Source of the DNA: Sedimentisphaerales bacterium
Lineage (GTDB): Bacteria; Planctomycetota; Phycisphaerae; Sedimentisphaerales; SM23-30
Length of the DNA stretch: 64,000 nucleotides
Assembly: GCA_963663965.2 (NCBI GenBank)
Contig: CAXXFK010000028.1
Coordinates: forward strand, 544,001-608,000
Direction of reading: 5' to 3'
Positions 40,634 through 49,531 of the stretch are shown piece after piece. Numbering within the stretch: position 1 is the stretch's first letter; each line of letters begins with the position of its first letter. The notes below the pieces were generated by a model that had not been told where the DNA came from, ran no database searches, and saw nothing but the letters and a program-made list of their open reading frames with translations. A program made the position numbers and the translations under genes.

Positions 40634-41151
40634 GTCTGTGGGGGAGGACAATCGGGATTACCAGCAAGATCTGGAAGGGTATGGAGGGTAATAAAGGGGC
40701 GGGAGAATTTAGAATGCAAATGGAAAAACTGGGGGGATTATTTGTTGATTGGCGGGAATGAATGGGTAAAATTAAATTTATGTCGTTGATGAGAGGACTT
40801 TATCAATAATGAGATGATTGGAGATATGGATACGATGGATGGCAGGATGTGCGGAACTGGCGGTAGCGTTTATGGCGATGGCTATTGGACCGGGACTGGT
40901 TGGTTCCTGATTGGCGATGATGCGTTAGGCACCGGAGAAATAAGAATGAAGATGATGAAGGGAAGTTGTTTTGATCAATCCGCCACGGTGGATCAATAGA
41001 CATGGGCAAAAGAAGTTTTACCAGTTCTACAAGACTAAACCAGAGAGGTCTCAATAACGTTAGCTACTTTTATATAAAATGGTACATAAGGCAGAGGCAG
41101 ACCAGTATTATTCAATATATAAATATCACATTGAACAGGAAAGGTTGAAAG

Positions 41152-42438
41152 ATGTTGAAGTGGTTTTTTATATGGTCCAACAGCAGAAAGCTTTCTAGAT
41201 CGGAAAAGCCTATTGACAGAGTAAAGGCAATAAAACGATTGGGACAACTCGGGAGTAAAGGTACGGAGGAGTATCTTGTAGGATTTTTGGGAGATGAGGA
41301 TGTACAAGTACGCCAGGCGGCAGCCCATGTCCTTCGGAAGTTTGGAACGAAAGGTCTTGACTGGGCTTTGGATGCAATTCTAAGAAACCGTGATGATTAC
41401 ATCTTCGAACTGGGCAGAAGTGAAAACCACTTGGCAGAAGTGGCTCTGATCAGAGCTATTAGACGTGACCCCAGTGTTCGCAGTTCTGCTGTTACACAAC
41501 TGGGACAAAAGCGATTCCTCTCATCCGCTGATGTGCTGATCGAGGTACTGGGCGATGATAGCTTCTTTGTGCGCTCTAGTGCGGCTAATTCTCTTGCAGC
41601 CATGAAAGCTCCCGGTGTGGCATTGGCGATTACAAAAGCCTTCTATAACGAGAAGGTCAGTCACGATGCTTATGAATTCTCAAAGGTGTTTAAAGAGATA
41701 CATTGCAACAAAACTATTGATATTCATATTGAAGCGCTTAGTGATAAAGATGCCAGCATTCGTGAGCGCGCGGTCATGGCATTGAGCCAATGGTGCGATG
41801 ATAGAGCCATAAACGCATTGATACAGGCTTTGGAGGACGCCAACTCAACCATTGTATCTCTAGCCGCTTGTACTTTGGGTAAAATTGGCACACGTTTTGC
41901 TGTCCAACCACTTATCAAAGCGTTATCAATAAAATCTATCAATGTTCGCTCAAGCGTTGCCAAGGCTCTCTCGCAGATCAACTGTTCGGAAGCCACTGAG
42001 GCTCTTTATGAATGCATAAAAAATGGTGATACGTGTATAATTCGCAATGCCGAGCCTGAAGGATTGGCGCGTATCGGAAAGCGGGCGGTACCGTTTCTGC
42101 TGAACATCTTTACTCACTTCGACCACTGCCCCAATGTTGTAGTGGCTTTGGGATACCTCAAAGATCCCCGTGCAGTCGAGAGGCTGATCGAGATTCTGAC
42201 AAGACCAGGGCCCTACAGCCAGGATGATTTGGCCTATCAACGGGCAGCGGCTATCGCCTTGGGAAGAATAGGCGATCCGCGGGCTGTGGAACCACTGATC
42301 AGGGAAGCCAAAGATGGCATGAGTGTGATTGCTTCAGGAGCGTTAGAAGCCCTAAAGATGATAAATGATCCCAGAACCTCTGGCATGCTGAATTACTGGC
42401 AGCGAATGATTGAGGGGCAACGTGGCTTTGGTCTGTGA
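41152..42438 (+). CDS. HEAT/PBS-lyase repeat protein
   Basis: Repeated L.D.D..VR..AA..L units; ALGRIGDPRAVEPLI. Confidence 0.9.
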   Translation: MLKWFFIWSNSRKLSRSEKPIDRVKAIKRLGQLGSKGTEEYLVGFLGDEDVQVRQAAAHVLRKFGTKGLDWALDAILRNRDDYIFELGRSENHLAEVALIRAIRRDPSVRSSAVTQLGQKRFLSSADVLIEVLGDDSFFVRSSAANSLAAMKAPGVALAITKAFYNEKVSHDAYEFSKVFKEIHCNKTIDIHIEALSDKDASIRERAVMALSQWCDDRAINALIQALEDANSTIVSLAACTLGKIGTRFAVQPLIKALSIKSINVRSSVAKALSQINCSEATEALYECIKNGDTCIIRNAEPEGLARIGKRAVPFLLNIFTHFDHCPNVVVALGYLKDPRAVERLIEILTRPGPYSQDDLAYQRAAAIALGRIGDPRAVEPLIREAKDGMSVIASGALEALKMINDPRTSGMLNYWQRMIEGQRGFGL

Positions 42439-42555
42439 TCTTCGAAATTTTCGCTTACTATTCAGATTGGAATTGATTAAGTTTAATATAGCCGATTGAA
42501 AAATATGATTTCATCAGTAATATTTTGAGGAGATTTTGTTTTATGGGAGAATGTT

Positions 42556-43152
42556 ATGAATCTATCCGAACCGCCAGTAAATTCGCAGATAAAGAGCCGG
42601 TATGATCTGAGTGGGGTTACCCTGTTCTGGAAGAAACCGAGTGGAGGGCCGATGCGTTATTTTATCATTGCCTTTCTGAGCTTCTGGCTGTGTGGCTGGT
42701 TTGTCGGTTTTCTTTTTGCCGGAGGAACACTTCTTACAGGCAAAGGGCCAAGCGCGTTCCTGGCTATATGGCTGGCTGGGTGGGCCCTGGGAGGATTGTT
42801 TGCCGGTTATACGCTTTTTCAACTGATTCGGACTCAATATCCAGAAGCGGTTACGCTGGAAGGTGACTTTTTTAAGTACGATACGGGATCGGCCCCGACG
42901 AACTATATGAATCCATATTATGGGATGCGAAGGAACCAGGGTATGGTGAATCCATTCTCGATGATGTTTCAAAAGAGAAAGATCTACGAATTTTCACGGG
43001 CCGAGTGTCCTGAGTTCGTTCTGGAAGGGTTGGGGGAGGCGCAGCGGTTGAGGTTTGATGTTGGGGCGGATCGGATTACCATTGGTGAAAGCCTCAAGGA
43101 GCCGGAAAGAGAGTGGCTTGCCCAGGTATTGAATACCTGGAAGAATGGGTAG
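42556..43152 (+). CDS. Hypothetical membrane protein (2 TM)
   Basis: Two Trp-rich hydrophobic helices; GGAG RBS. Confidence 0.7.
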   Translation: MNLSEPPVNSQIKSRYDLSGVTLFWKKPSGGPMRYFIIAFLSFWLCGWFVGFLFAGGTLLTGKGPSAFLAIWLAGWALGGLFAGYTLFQLIRTQYPEAVTLEGDFFKYDTGSAPTNYMNPYYGMRRNQGMVNPFSMMFQKRKIYEFSRAECPEFVLEGLGEAQRLRFDVGADRITIGESLKEPEREWLAQVLNTWKNG

Positions 43153-43387
43153 TGATCGGGTGATAGGCGGGCGCAGGATGAGGGCTTTGGCCTGCTTGCC
43201 GAGGCGTGGCTGGGGACGATAGATGAGGAGGAGGTGTTGTGGTGAGGGGGAGATGTAATATAGTCAGGTGATTTGATAGTTGGTACAAATTTGAGATATG
43301 ATAAACAGATAACAGCCATTAGAATCATGGAAAGACACAGGGCGATTGAATCGCAACCGTTAAAAAACTTAAAGAGAAAAAAGTCTA

Positions 43388-43487
43388 AACCGCGAAGCCG
43401 TCCTCCTGAGGCGGATCTTCGACCAGCGGCTACACGAAGCGCATCCTCCTGAGGCGGATCTTTCGGCCTTCGGCGCTTCACGAAGGG
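43388..43487 (+). repeat. CGAA triple-repeat unit with nested palindromic insertions
   Basis: Same scaffold as 9944-9997 with TCCTCCTGAGGCGGATCTT inserted twice. Confidence 0.7.
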
Positions 43488-43547
43488 CCAGTGGCATAAT
43501 CGGGGGATTGATTCAGACTGACAATGGGAGATTGAATATGAGACCAA

Positions 43548-43660
43548 ATGGGAAACAGGCTTATGGAGTCTATTAGCGGCTATCGCAAGAAAGGGCAGTA
43601 TGATATCCGGGTGTTTGTTGTTTTTCCCGAGCATGTGAATCTGTTGATATCGCCTTACGG
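43548..43660 (+). pseudogene. Possible decayed Y1/RAYT transposase fragment
   Basis: YDIRVFVVFPEHVNLLISP resembles the HUH segment YVVMPEHVHLLI. Confidence 0.3.
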
Positions 43661-44117
43661 CGGGAGTGTTGTATCGAACGCGTTTTGCATTCGGTGTCAT
43701 GCACCCACAAGATTCGCTTCGCTGCGTTTGAAGGTGATATCCGAGACAACTTGCCGAGGACACAGGGCCGATCAATGCGTTTTTTCCTACCCCAACTTCT
43801 TTCGGCCCTTCGGGCCTCTTTTTCATTTCGCTACTCTGACTCCGGAGCCTTACGGCACCGGCTAAAAACTCCCGGCTCCTCCTGAGGCGGATCTTCGACC
43901 TTCGGGCCTCTCTATGGAAACGGTTTGTCCCTTTCAATTGACACAGGGCGGTCAAGCCGCAACCAAAGAAGAAATGGTTCACACAAACCACTAAGATAAA
44001 CAGCCATTTAGACAGGATCACAGGATCAACAGGATAAAAAGTTCGGGACCATTAAAATATCTGGTAAGATGAAGTAATTACTTTGCTTATAAAACATAAG
44101 AACAAAAAGCTAGTCAA

Positions 44118-44291
44118 GGGACCGTAAATAAATAACACCTTCATTTCTCAACCCAGCTTGCCGTCCTCTTCAGCCGCTTCTCCATTGCGAAATCCTCGAC
44201 ATAGATTAGCACTGCCTGCGGTTTCGCTCAATCGGCGCATCTGAATCTGACGACAAGCTGTGCGATCAATGCAGCATTTATTTACGGACCC
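44118..44291. mobile_element. MITE-like element, copy 1 (~174 bp)
   Basis: Terminal inverted repeats GGGACCGTAAATAAAT / ATTTATTTACGGACCC; homologous to 48048-48226. Confidence 0.8.
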
Positions 44292-44707
44292 TAACTTTGT
44301 TTTATAAATGCCTCGATCAATGAATCGATCCCTTTTGTTCTGATATGCTCGATATTGCACTGAATCTCATTGTCAACATGGACTTTAAACAGCAGATTGA
44401 ATTTTTTACATAAAGAATCACACTCCGCGCAAGTAAAATAGCCCTTTTTAGTGGCACACTTGCGAATACCGCAAAAAGGATTGCCGCCTTTATTCCGGCA
44501 TCCCGGACATACATGATTGCAGGAAGCGGCCAGCTTCTTATATCCGCGATATTTGGATTTCATAAATGGGATGACCTTGGAAACTTCTGCCATGTTGACC
44601 TTTTCAAACGCTTCATCAAGAATCTTTATCTTTTCCCTGATATCCAGGAATCTGCTTTTACATAAATCACAATTTAAACCACAAAATGCCAGATCTTCTT
44701 TTTTCAT
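44291..44707 (-). CDS. DUF3795-like Cys-rich protein
   Basis: AFCGLNCDLC, CPGCR and CGIRKCATKKG..TCAECD..C motifs. Confidence 0.8.
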   Translation of the reverse strand: MKKEDLAFCGLNCDLCKSRFLDIREKIKILDEAFEKVNMAEVSKVIPFMKSKYRGYKKLAASCNHVCPGCRNKGGNPFCGIRKCATKKGYFTCAECDSLCKKFNLLFKVHVDNEIQCNIEHIRTKGIDSLIEAFIKQS

Positions 44708-45060
44708 AACGCGATTTTCATAAATCCTAATGTATAAAACAATGTTAAACCTGATGGATTATACAGTTACACTCTAATCGGATTCCATCATTTCATTCGA
44801 TATTTATCCTTTTTGTCGGTATCTGTCAGGGTTTAACCGGGGGATGAAGTTATGAAAAGGAATTTGAAATTTGGTTATTTGTCGTATTATGGGGTTCTGT
44901 TCAGTAAGGAGGAAGAATGTAATGTAGTGATTTTAAACGTTGACGACATGACGCTATGTCGATGAAGTAAAACAACGGGGATGGCCGGCTTAAAACCGGT
45001 TAATGGGGGAGTTTGTACGACAGGGGGTGGGGTCAGATTCGTCGGGTTGATACAAGGCGG

Positions 45061-45279
45061 TTAAAAATCATGTTTTTTGTGGGTTGGTTTGGCAGGGGTT
45101 GCCTTGATGACGCGTTCGATTTCTTCGGCGGACATGCCGCGTTCGATCATGGCGCGTTTCATGTTGTGTTCGTAGCGGAGCTGATGGACTTTGACCCAGC
45201 AGGAGCCGATGATAGCGGTGATGGGAATCGAAAAGGCCAATAAAATAGCAAACTGGGGCATTTCAAAAAGATTGTTCAT
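45061..45279 (-). CDS. Small single-TM hypothetical protein
   Basis: TM helix followed by MKRAMIERGMSAEEIERVI; GAGG RBS. Confidence 0.65.
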   Translation of the reverse strand: MNNLFEMPQFAILLAFSIPITAIIGSCWVKVHQLRYEHNMKRAMIERGMSAEEIERVIKATPAKPTHKKHDF

Positions 45280-45567
45280 GGCTACCTCGTACCCAATGGG
45301 TATGAAAATTTTCGAGCGCTCGCAATATAAGTTTTTACTCGTGTAGAACTTATATTACGGCCCAGCGGGCATTTTCAATTGTTAGCAGTATCAACACTGT
45401 TGTTCTCATGACAACGGCTGGGATCGGAGTCGTGTTTCGGAGTGCATTATTACAGGAAATTGGGGATTGCCAAAGTTAAAAACAGGCAAAGCGGGGCAAT
45501 TTGAATGGGCAGCCGTGGCCAGGTTGCTGGTAAGTTGTTGTTAAAAAAGGAGTAAGTTGTTCTTAGG

Positions 45568-46278
45568 TCAGTTGGCCCGCTCCAGCAGGAATTTGCGGTA
45601 GATCTGGTAGTGGCTGGTTTGTTCGTATTGGATGGGTCGGACGGTTTCGTGGTCGAAGCTGTAGATGGTGGCGTTGGGGCAGGCCAGCAGGATGGGGGAA
45701 TGGGTGGCGATGATAAACTGGGCATGGCCGGCGTGAGTGTTCCGGGCGATGACATCCAGCAGTTCCAGCTGGCTGCGCGGAGAGAGGGCGGTTTCGGGTT
45801 CGTCCAGCAGGTAGATGCCCTTTTTCTGGTAGCGGGAGCGGAAATAAGACATGACGGATTGGCCGTGGGACTGGGTGATCAGGGATTTGCCGCCGAAATG
45901 CTGCAATTGCTGCGGGTCGGCGGCGGCCCATTCATCAAGAATGGAAGCGAAGTCCTTGAAGGTTTCGGAGCCGAAATAGGCGCCGGGTACCTTGCCGTCG
46001 GACCATTGCACGGCCAGACAATACTGTAAAAATGTTTCGTACTGGTTGAATTGATAACGGCGGCCATCCGATTTTCGCCAGATGTGAATCCCGCTGCCTT
46101 GGGCCAGCGCTTCCAACAGGGTGGATTTGCCCGCGCCGTTTTCGCCGACGAACAGGGTGACGGGGGTGTCGAATTCGATCTGCCGGGTCTGCTGGAAAAT
46201 GGGCAGGTTGAAGGGGTAGTGGTCCCGGGTAGGGTATTTTTCGTGTAATAAGGTGACGCTGGTTATGTGATTAGTCAT
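45568..46278 (-). CDS. ABC-like/AAA ATPase (COG3910-type)
   Basis: GENGAGKST, QSHGQS, LLDEPETALSP and IIATHSPIL motifs. Confidence 0.88.
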   Translation of the reverse strand: MTNHITSVTLLHEKYPTRDHYPFNLPIFQQTRQIEFDTPVTLFVGENGAGKSTLLEALAQGSGIHIWRKSDGRRYQFNQYETFLQYCLAVQWSDGKVPGAYFGSETFKDFASILDEWAAADPQQLQHFGGKSLITQSHGQSVMSYFRSRYQKKGIYLLDEPETALSPRSQLELLDVIARNTHAGHAQFIIATHSPILLACPNATIYSFDHETVRPIQYEQTSHYQIYRKFLLERAN

Positions 46279-46341
46279 GGTGCTTCCTTGATGTTCTGCG
46301 AGTCGCTTTTTATTTCCGGGTTATCTGAGACTCAAGATGAC

Positions 46342-46366
46342 GAGACGCAAGGCATTGCGTCTCTAC
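46342..46366 (-). repeat. GTAG-type REP hairpin
   Basis: Minus strand GTAGAGACGCAATGCCTTGCGTCTC. Confidence 0.65.
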
Positions 46367-46402
46367 CTGTCAAACTGCAAAGTCAGTATCTGGGCGTTCG
46401 GA

Positions 46403-47884
46403 TTATTGGGGCCGGGCGCCTTGCCAGCCTTTGCGCCATTGGGCCATGAGGCGCTGGACCAGTTGGGTGTGGGTGGTGTCGTTGGCGATATTGGTGTTTT
46501 CCTGGGGGTCGGTCTGGTGGTCGTAGAGTTCGGTGGCTTCGATTTTGGTATGATCGTTGCGCTGGACCCAGACGGTAAAGCGGTAGCGGTCGGTGCGCAT
46601 GGTGTAGCCCATGAGAGGTTTGCGATTGTAGCTGCGGGGGTACTGGCTGAATACGGCGGGTTTCCAGGGGCGTTGCGGGTTGTCCAGCACGGGTTTGAAA
46701 CTGGCGCCTTCCAGATGGCCGGGCAGGGGCAGGCCGGCCAGATCGCACAGGGTGGGGTAGATATCGACGAATTCAACCAGGGCGTCGGTACGCTTGCCGG
46801 CCTGTTTCATGTTGGGAACCGACAGGATCAGCGGGGCGTTGGTGTCGTTTTCGCAGTTGCTGTGTTTGCACCAGGCGTCGTGTTCGCCCAGCTTCCAGCC
46901 GTGATCGCCCCAGACGATGATGATGGTATTCCGGCGCAGGTCCAGGCGGTCCAGTTCATCCAGCACCTTGCCGATTTGCGCGTCGGTATAGCTGGTGGCG
47001 GCGTAATAGCCGTGTTTGAGCTGACGGGCCAGGTCATCGGGGATGGATTCCTTGGGGATACCGTGATAGGAACGCATTTCACCGCCGGGGAGGATGGCGT
47101 ATTCGGGGGCGTCTTTGGGCAGAAATTTGTTGGGAGCCAGTTGAATTTGGGCCGGATCGTAGAGGTCCCAGTAGCGCTTGGGCGAGACGAAGGGGAGATG
47201 GGGCTTGACGAATCCAACGGCCAGGAAGAATGGCTCCTCTTTAGCGGCCAGGTCACGCAGTGTTTTTACCGCCAGTTCGGCGACTTTGCCATCGGTGAAG
47301 GTGTTGTCGGGGACATCGGCGCCTTCGAAGGCAGGGCCGCGGGTGTCAAAACCGGAGATTTTCTGGCGTTTGCCGTTTGCGTCGATTTTGTATTGACGCT
47401 GGTTGAGCGACAGGTTTTCCGGCAGGGCATAGCCCACGCCGGTGGGATTTTGCCAGGGGACGGACCAGGTGGGCGGATCGTCGTAGCCGCCGTGGTAAAT
47501 CTTGCCCATACCCTGCACGAAATAGCCGTTCTGTTTGAAATGCTGGCCGAGAGTGACCACGTTGGGGACTGCGGTCCGGAAATGGGTGACTAAATCCCAG
47601 ACGCGGGTAGTATCGGGCCGCATACCGGTCATCAGGCTGGTACGCGAGGGGGAGCAGACGGCCTGCTGGCAATAGGCGCGATTGAAGACCATGCCGACTT
47701 TGGCCAGCTGGTCGAGATTGGGGCTTTTGATATAATCGCAGCCGTAACAGCCCAGTTCGGGACGCAGATCATCGACGGCGATGAAGAGGATATTGGGCCG
47801 GGCCGGAGAGGAGTCGGCGGCCGGGAGTGAAGAATTCATAATTGCCAGACACAACAGGAGCAGAAAGGACAGTGAGTACTTCAT
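46403..47884 (-). CDS. Formylglycine-dependent sulfatase (iduronate-2-sulfatase-like), secreted
   Basis: RPNILFIAVDDLRP, CSPSRTSLMTG, KPHLPF and GDHGWKLGEH motifs. Confidence 0.92.
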   Translation of the reverse strand: MKYSLSFLLLLCLAIMNSSLPAADSSPARPNILFIAVDDLRPELGCYGCDYIKSPNLDQLAKVGMVFNRAYCQQAVCSPSRTSLMTGMRPDTTRVWDLVTHFRTAVPNVVTLGQHFKQNGYFVQGMGKIYHGGYDDPPTWSVPWQNPTGVGYALPENLSLNQRQYKIDANGKRQKISGFDTRGPAFEGADVPDNTFTDGKVAELAVKTLRDLAAKEEPFFLAVGFVKPHLPFVSPKRYWDLYDPAQIQLAPNKFLPKDAPEYAILPGGEMRSYHGIPKESIPDDLARQLKHGYYAATSYTDAQIGKVLDELDRLDLRRNTIIIVWGDHGWKLGEHDAWCKHSNCENDTNAPLILSVPNMKQAGKRTDALVEFVDIYPTLCDLAGLPLPGHLEGASFKPVLDNPQRPWKPAVFSQYPRSYNRKPLMGYTMRTDRYRFTVWVQRNDHTKIEATELYDHQTDPQENTNIANDTTHTQLVQRLMAQWRKGWQGARPQ

Positions 47885-48047
47885 TAGCAGGTTCCTTAAC
47901 AGGCGTTGGCAGCAACGTTACACCAAAATAATGACATCTATTATATAAAGAAAAGGCGCGATGGGAAGAGAACGTTGTAACTCCCTCTGGATTAAGAGAT
48001 TAATAAACGGGACGTTCTGTTTATACAGGAATGTGCCGCAGGGCTTA

Positions 48048-48226
48048 GGGACCGTCAATAAATAAATACTGCATTTCTCATCCCATCTTGCCGCCATCTT
48101 CAGCCGCTTCTCAATCGCAAAATCCTCGACATAGAACAGCTATGCCTGCGGTTTTGCTCAATCGGCGCGACTGAATCTGACGACAAGCTGGGCGATAAAT
48201 TGCAGCATTTATTTATTTACAGCCCC
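48048..48226. mobile_element. MITE-like element, copy 2 (~179 bp)
   Basis: Imperfect TIRs; TTA on both sides (48045-47 and 48227-29); homologous to 44118-44291. Confidence 0.8.
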
Positions 48227-48368
48227 TTACTCATTGCATAGAAAGTAGAATCTGTGAATAAAATCGGGTTCGATGTCGTTTAGGAACAGGAACGTGCGAT
48301 TAAATTTTATGGGGAAGCCCCATCTGAAGACAAAAAAACAAAAGAATGAATGAACAGGAAGTTCATAT

Positions 48369-49478
48369 ATGAAACAGATTGTTACTGTACTGATGATTGT
48401 GGGTGGCATGATGCTGCCAGTGTGGTCCCAGGAAGCCAAAGAGGAACGTTCAACTAAAAATAACCGTTTGACTTTGGGGGCTTATTATTTCGATGGCTGG
48501 TCGGGGAAGAGCCAGTGGGCAGATGATCCGGGGCAGCCGTGGGCTAAGTATGCGCCGACGCATCTGACGCGGCGGATGATTGAGGAATTTCCGGACCGGG
48601 AACCGCTGTGGGGCTGGCGGGATGACAGCGCGGCCATTATGACGCGGCAGATCGATCTGGCGGCGGAGCATGGGCTGGATTTTTTTGCTTTCTGCTGGTA
48701 CTGGCATGATAACGGAGGGCCGATCAATCAACAAGCGATTCAGACCGATCCCAAGCATACGGGATTGAACCTGTTTTTGCGGGCGAAGAATAACCAGCGG
48801 CTCAAGTTCTGTCTGCTGGTGGCCAATCATGGCGGATTTGAGATTAAAGGGCCGGAGCAGTGGAAAGCGGCCGGGAAATACTGGCTGACTTATTTTAAGC
48901 ATCCGCAGCATCTGACCCTGGATGGGAAGCCGGTGATACTTATATTCAGTCCCTGGGGTGTGAGCCGTGAGGAACTGGACAGCTTGCAGGCGGCGGTTAA
49001 AGAGGGCGGTTTGCCGGGAGTGGCGGTGGCAGGCTGTGGGGGCGGAGATGTCGAAACGGGATTTGCGTATAAGGCCCATTATAATATTGTGCCCGGCTAC
49101 GCGGATGGGGCGGCGGAGCATACCTTTGCTGAGTTGGCGGACGCCCAGCGGGCGGCGTGGAAAGGCAGTCCGCAGCAGCCGTATATCCCCATTATCACGG
49201 CGAACTGGGATAAGCGGCCCTGGGAAGGGCCGGCCGGGCTGAATCAGAAAGAGGGCTGGTATTTCACCGGCCGGACTCCGGAGCAATTTGAGGCGGTGTT
49301 GCAGGACGCGGTGAAGTGGATGGATGAACATCCGGATTCGGCGACCCGGGAGCGGATGGCGTTGATTTACGCCTGGAATGAACTGGGCGAAGGGGGGTAT
49401 CTGGTACCGACGAAAGGGGATCCGGAAGGGCAGTACCTGAAGGCGATCAAATCGGTGAAGGAGTTAAAATCTGATTGA
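48369..49478 (+). CDS. GH99-like/WbsX-family glycoside hydrolase, secreted
   Basis: QIDLAAEHGLDFFAFCWYW, NWDKRPW and IYAWNELGEGGYLVP motifs. Confidence 0.8.
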   Translation: MKQIVTVLMIVGGMMLPVWSQEAKEERSTKNNRLTLGAYYFDGWSGKSQWADDPGQPWAKYAPTHLTRRMIEEFPDREPLWGWRDDSAAIMTRQIDLAAEHGLDFFAFCWYWHDNGGPINQQAIQTDPKHTGLNLFLRAKNNQRLKFCLLVANHGGFEIKGPEQWKAAGKYWLTYFKHPQHLTLDGKPVILIFSPWGVSREELDSLQAAVKEGGLPGVAVAGCGGGDVETGFAYKAHYNIVPGYADGAAEHTFAELADAQRAAWKGSPQQPYIPIITANWDKRPWEGPAGLNQKEGWYFTGRTPEQFEAVLQDAVKWMDEHPDSATRERMALIYAWNELGEGGYLVPTKGDPEGQYLKAIKSVKELKSD

Positions 49479-49531
49479 TGATATAGGAAATGATAAACTA
49501 ACTAAATTCTCTACTAGCTGGGAGAGTAATC

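Noticed and set aside
42984..44021. 345-aa minus-strand ORF
   Set aside because: Runs through repeats and palindromes and overlaps a more credible gene; no protein-like features
46337..47593. 418-aa plus-strand ORF
   Set aside because: Antisense shadow of the sulfatase gene
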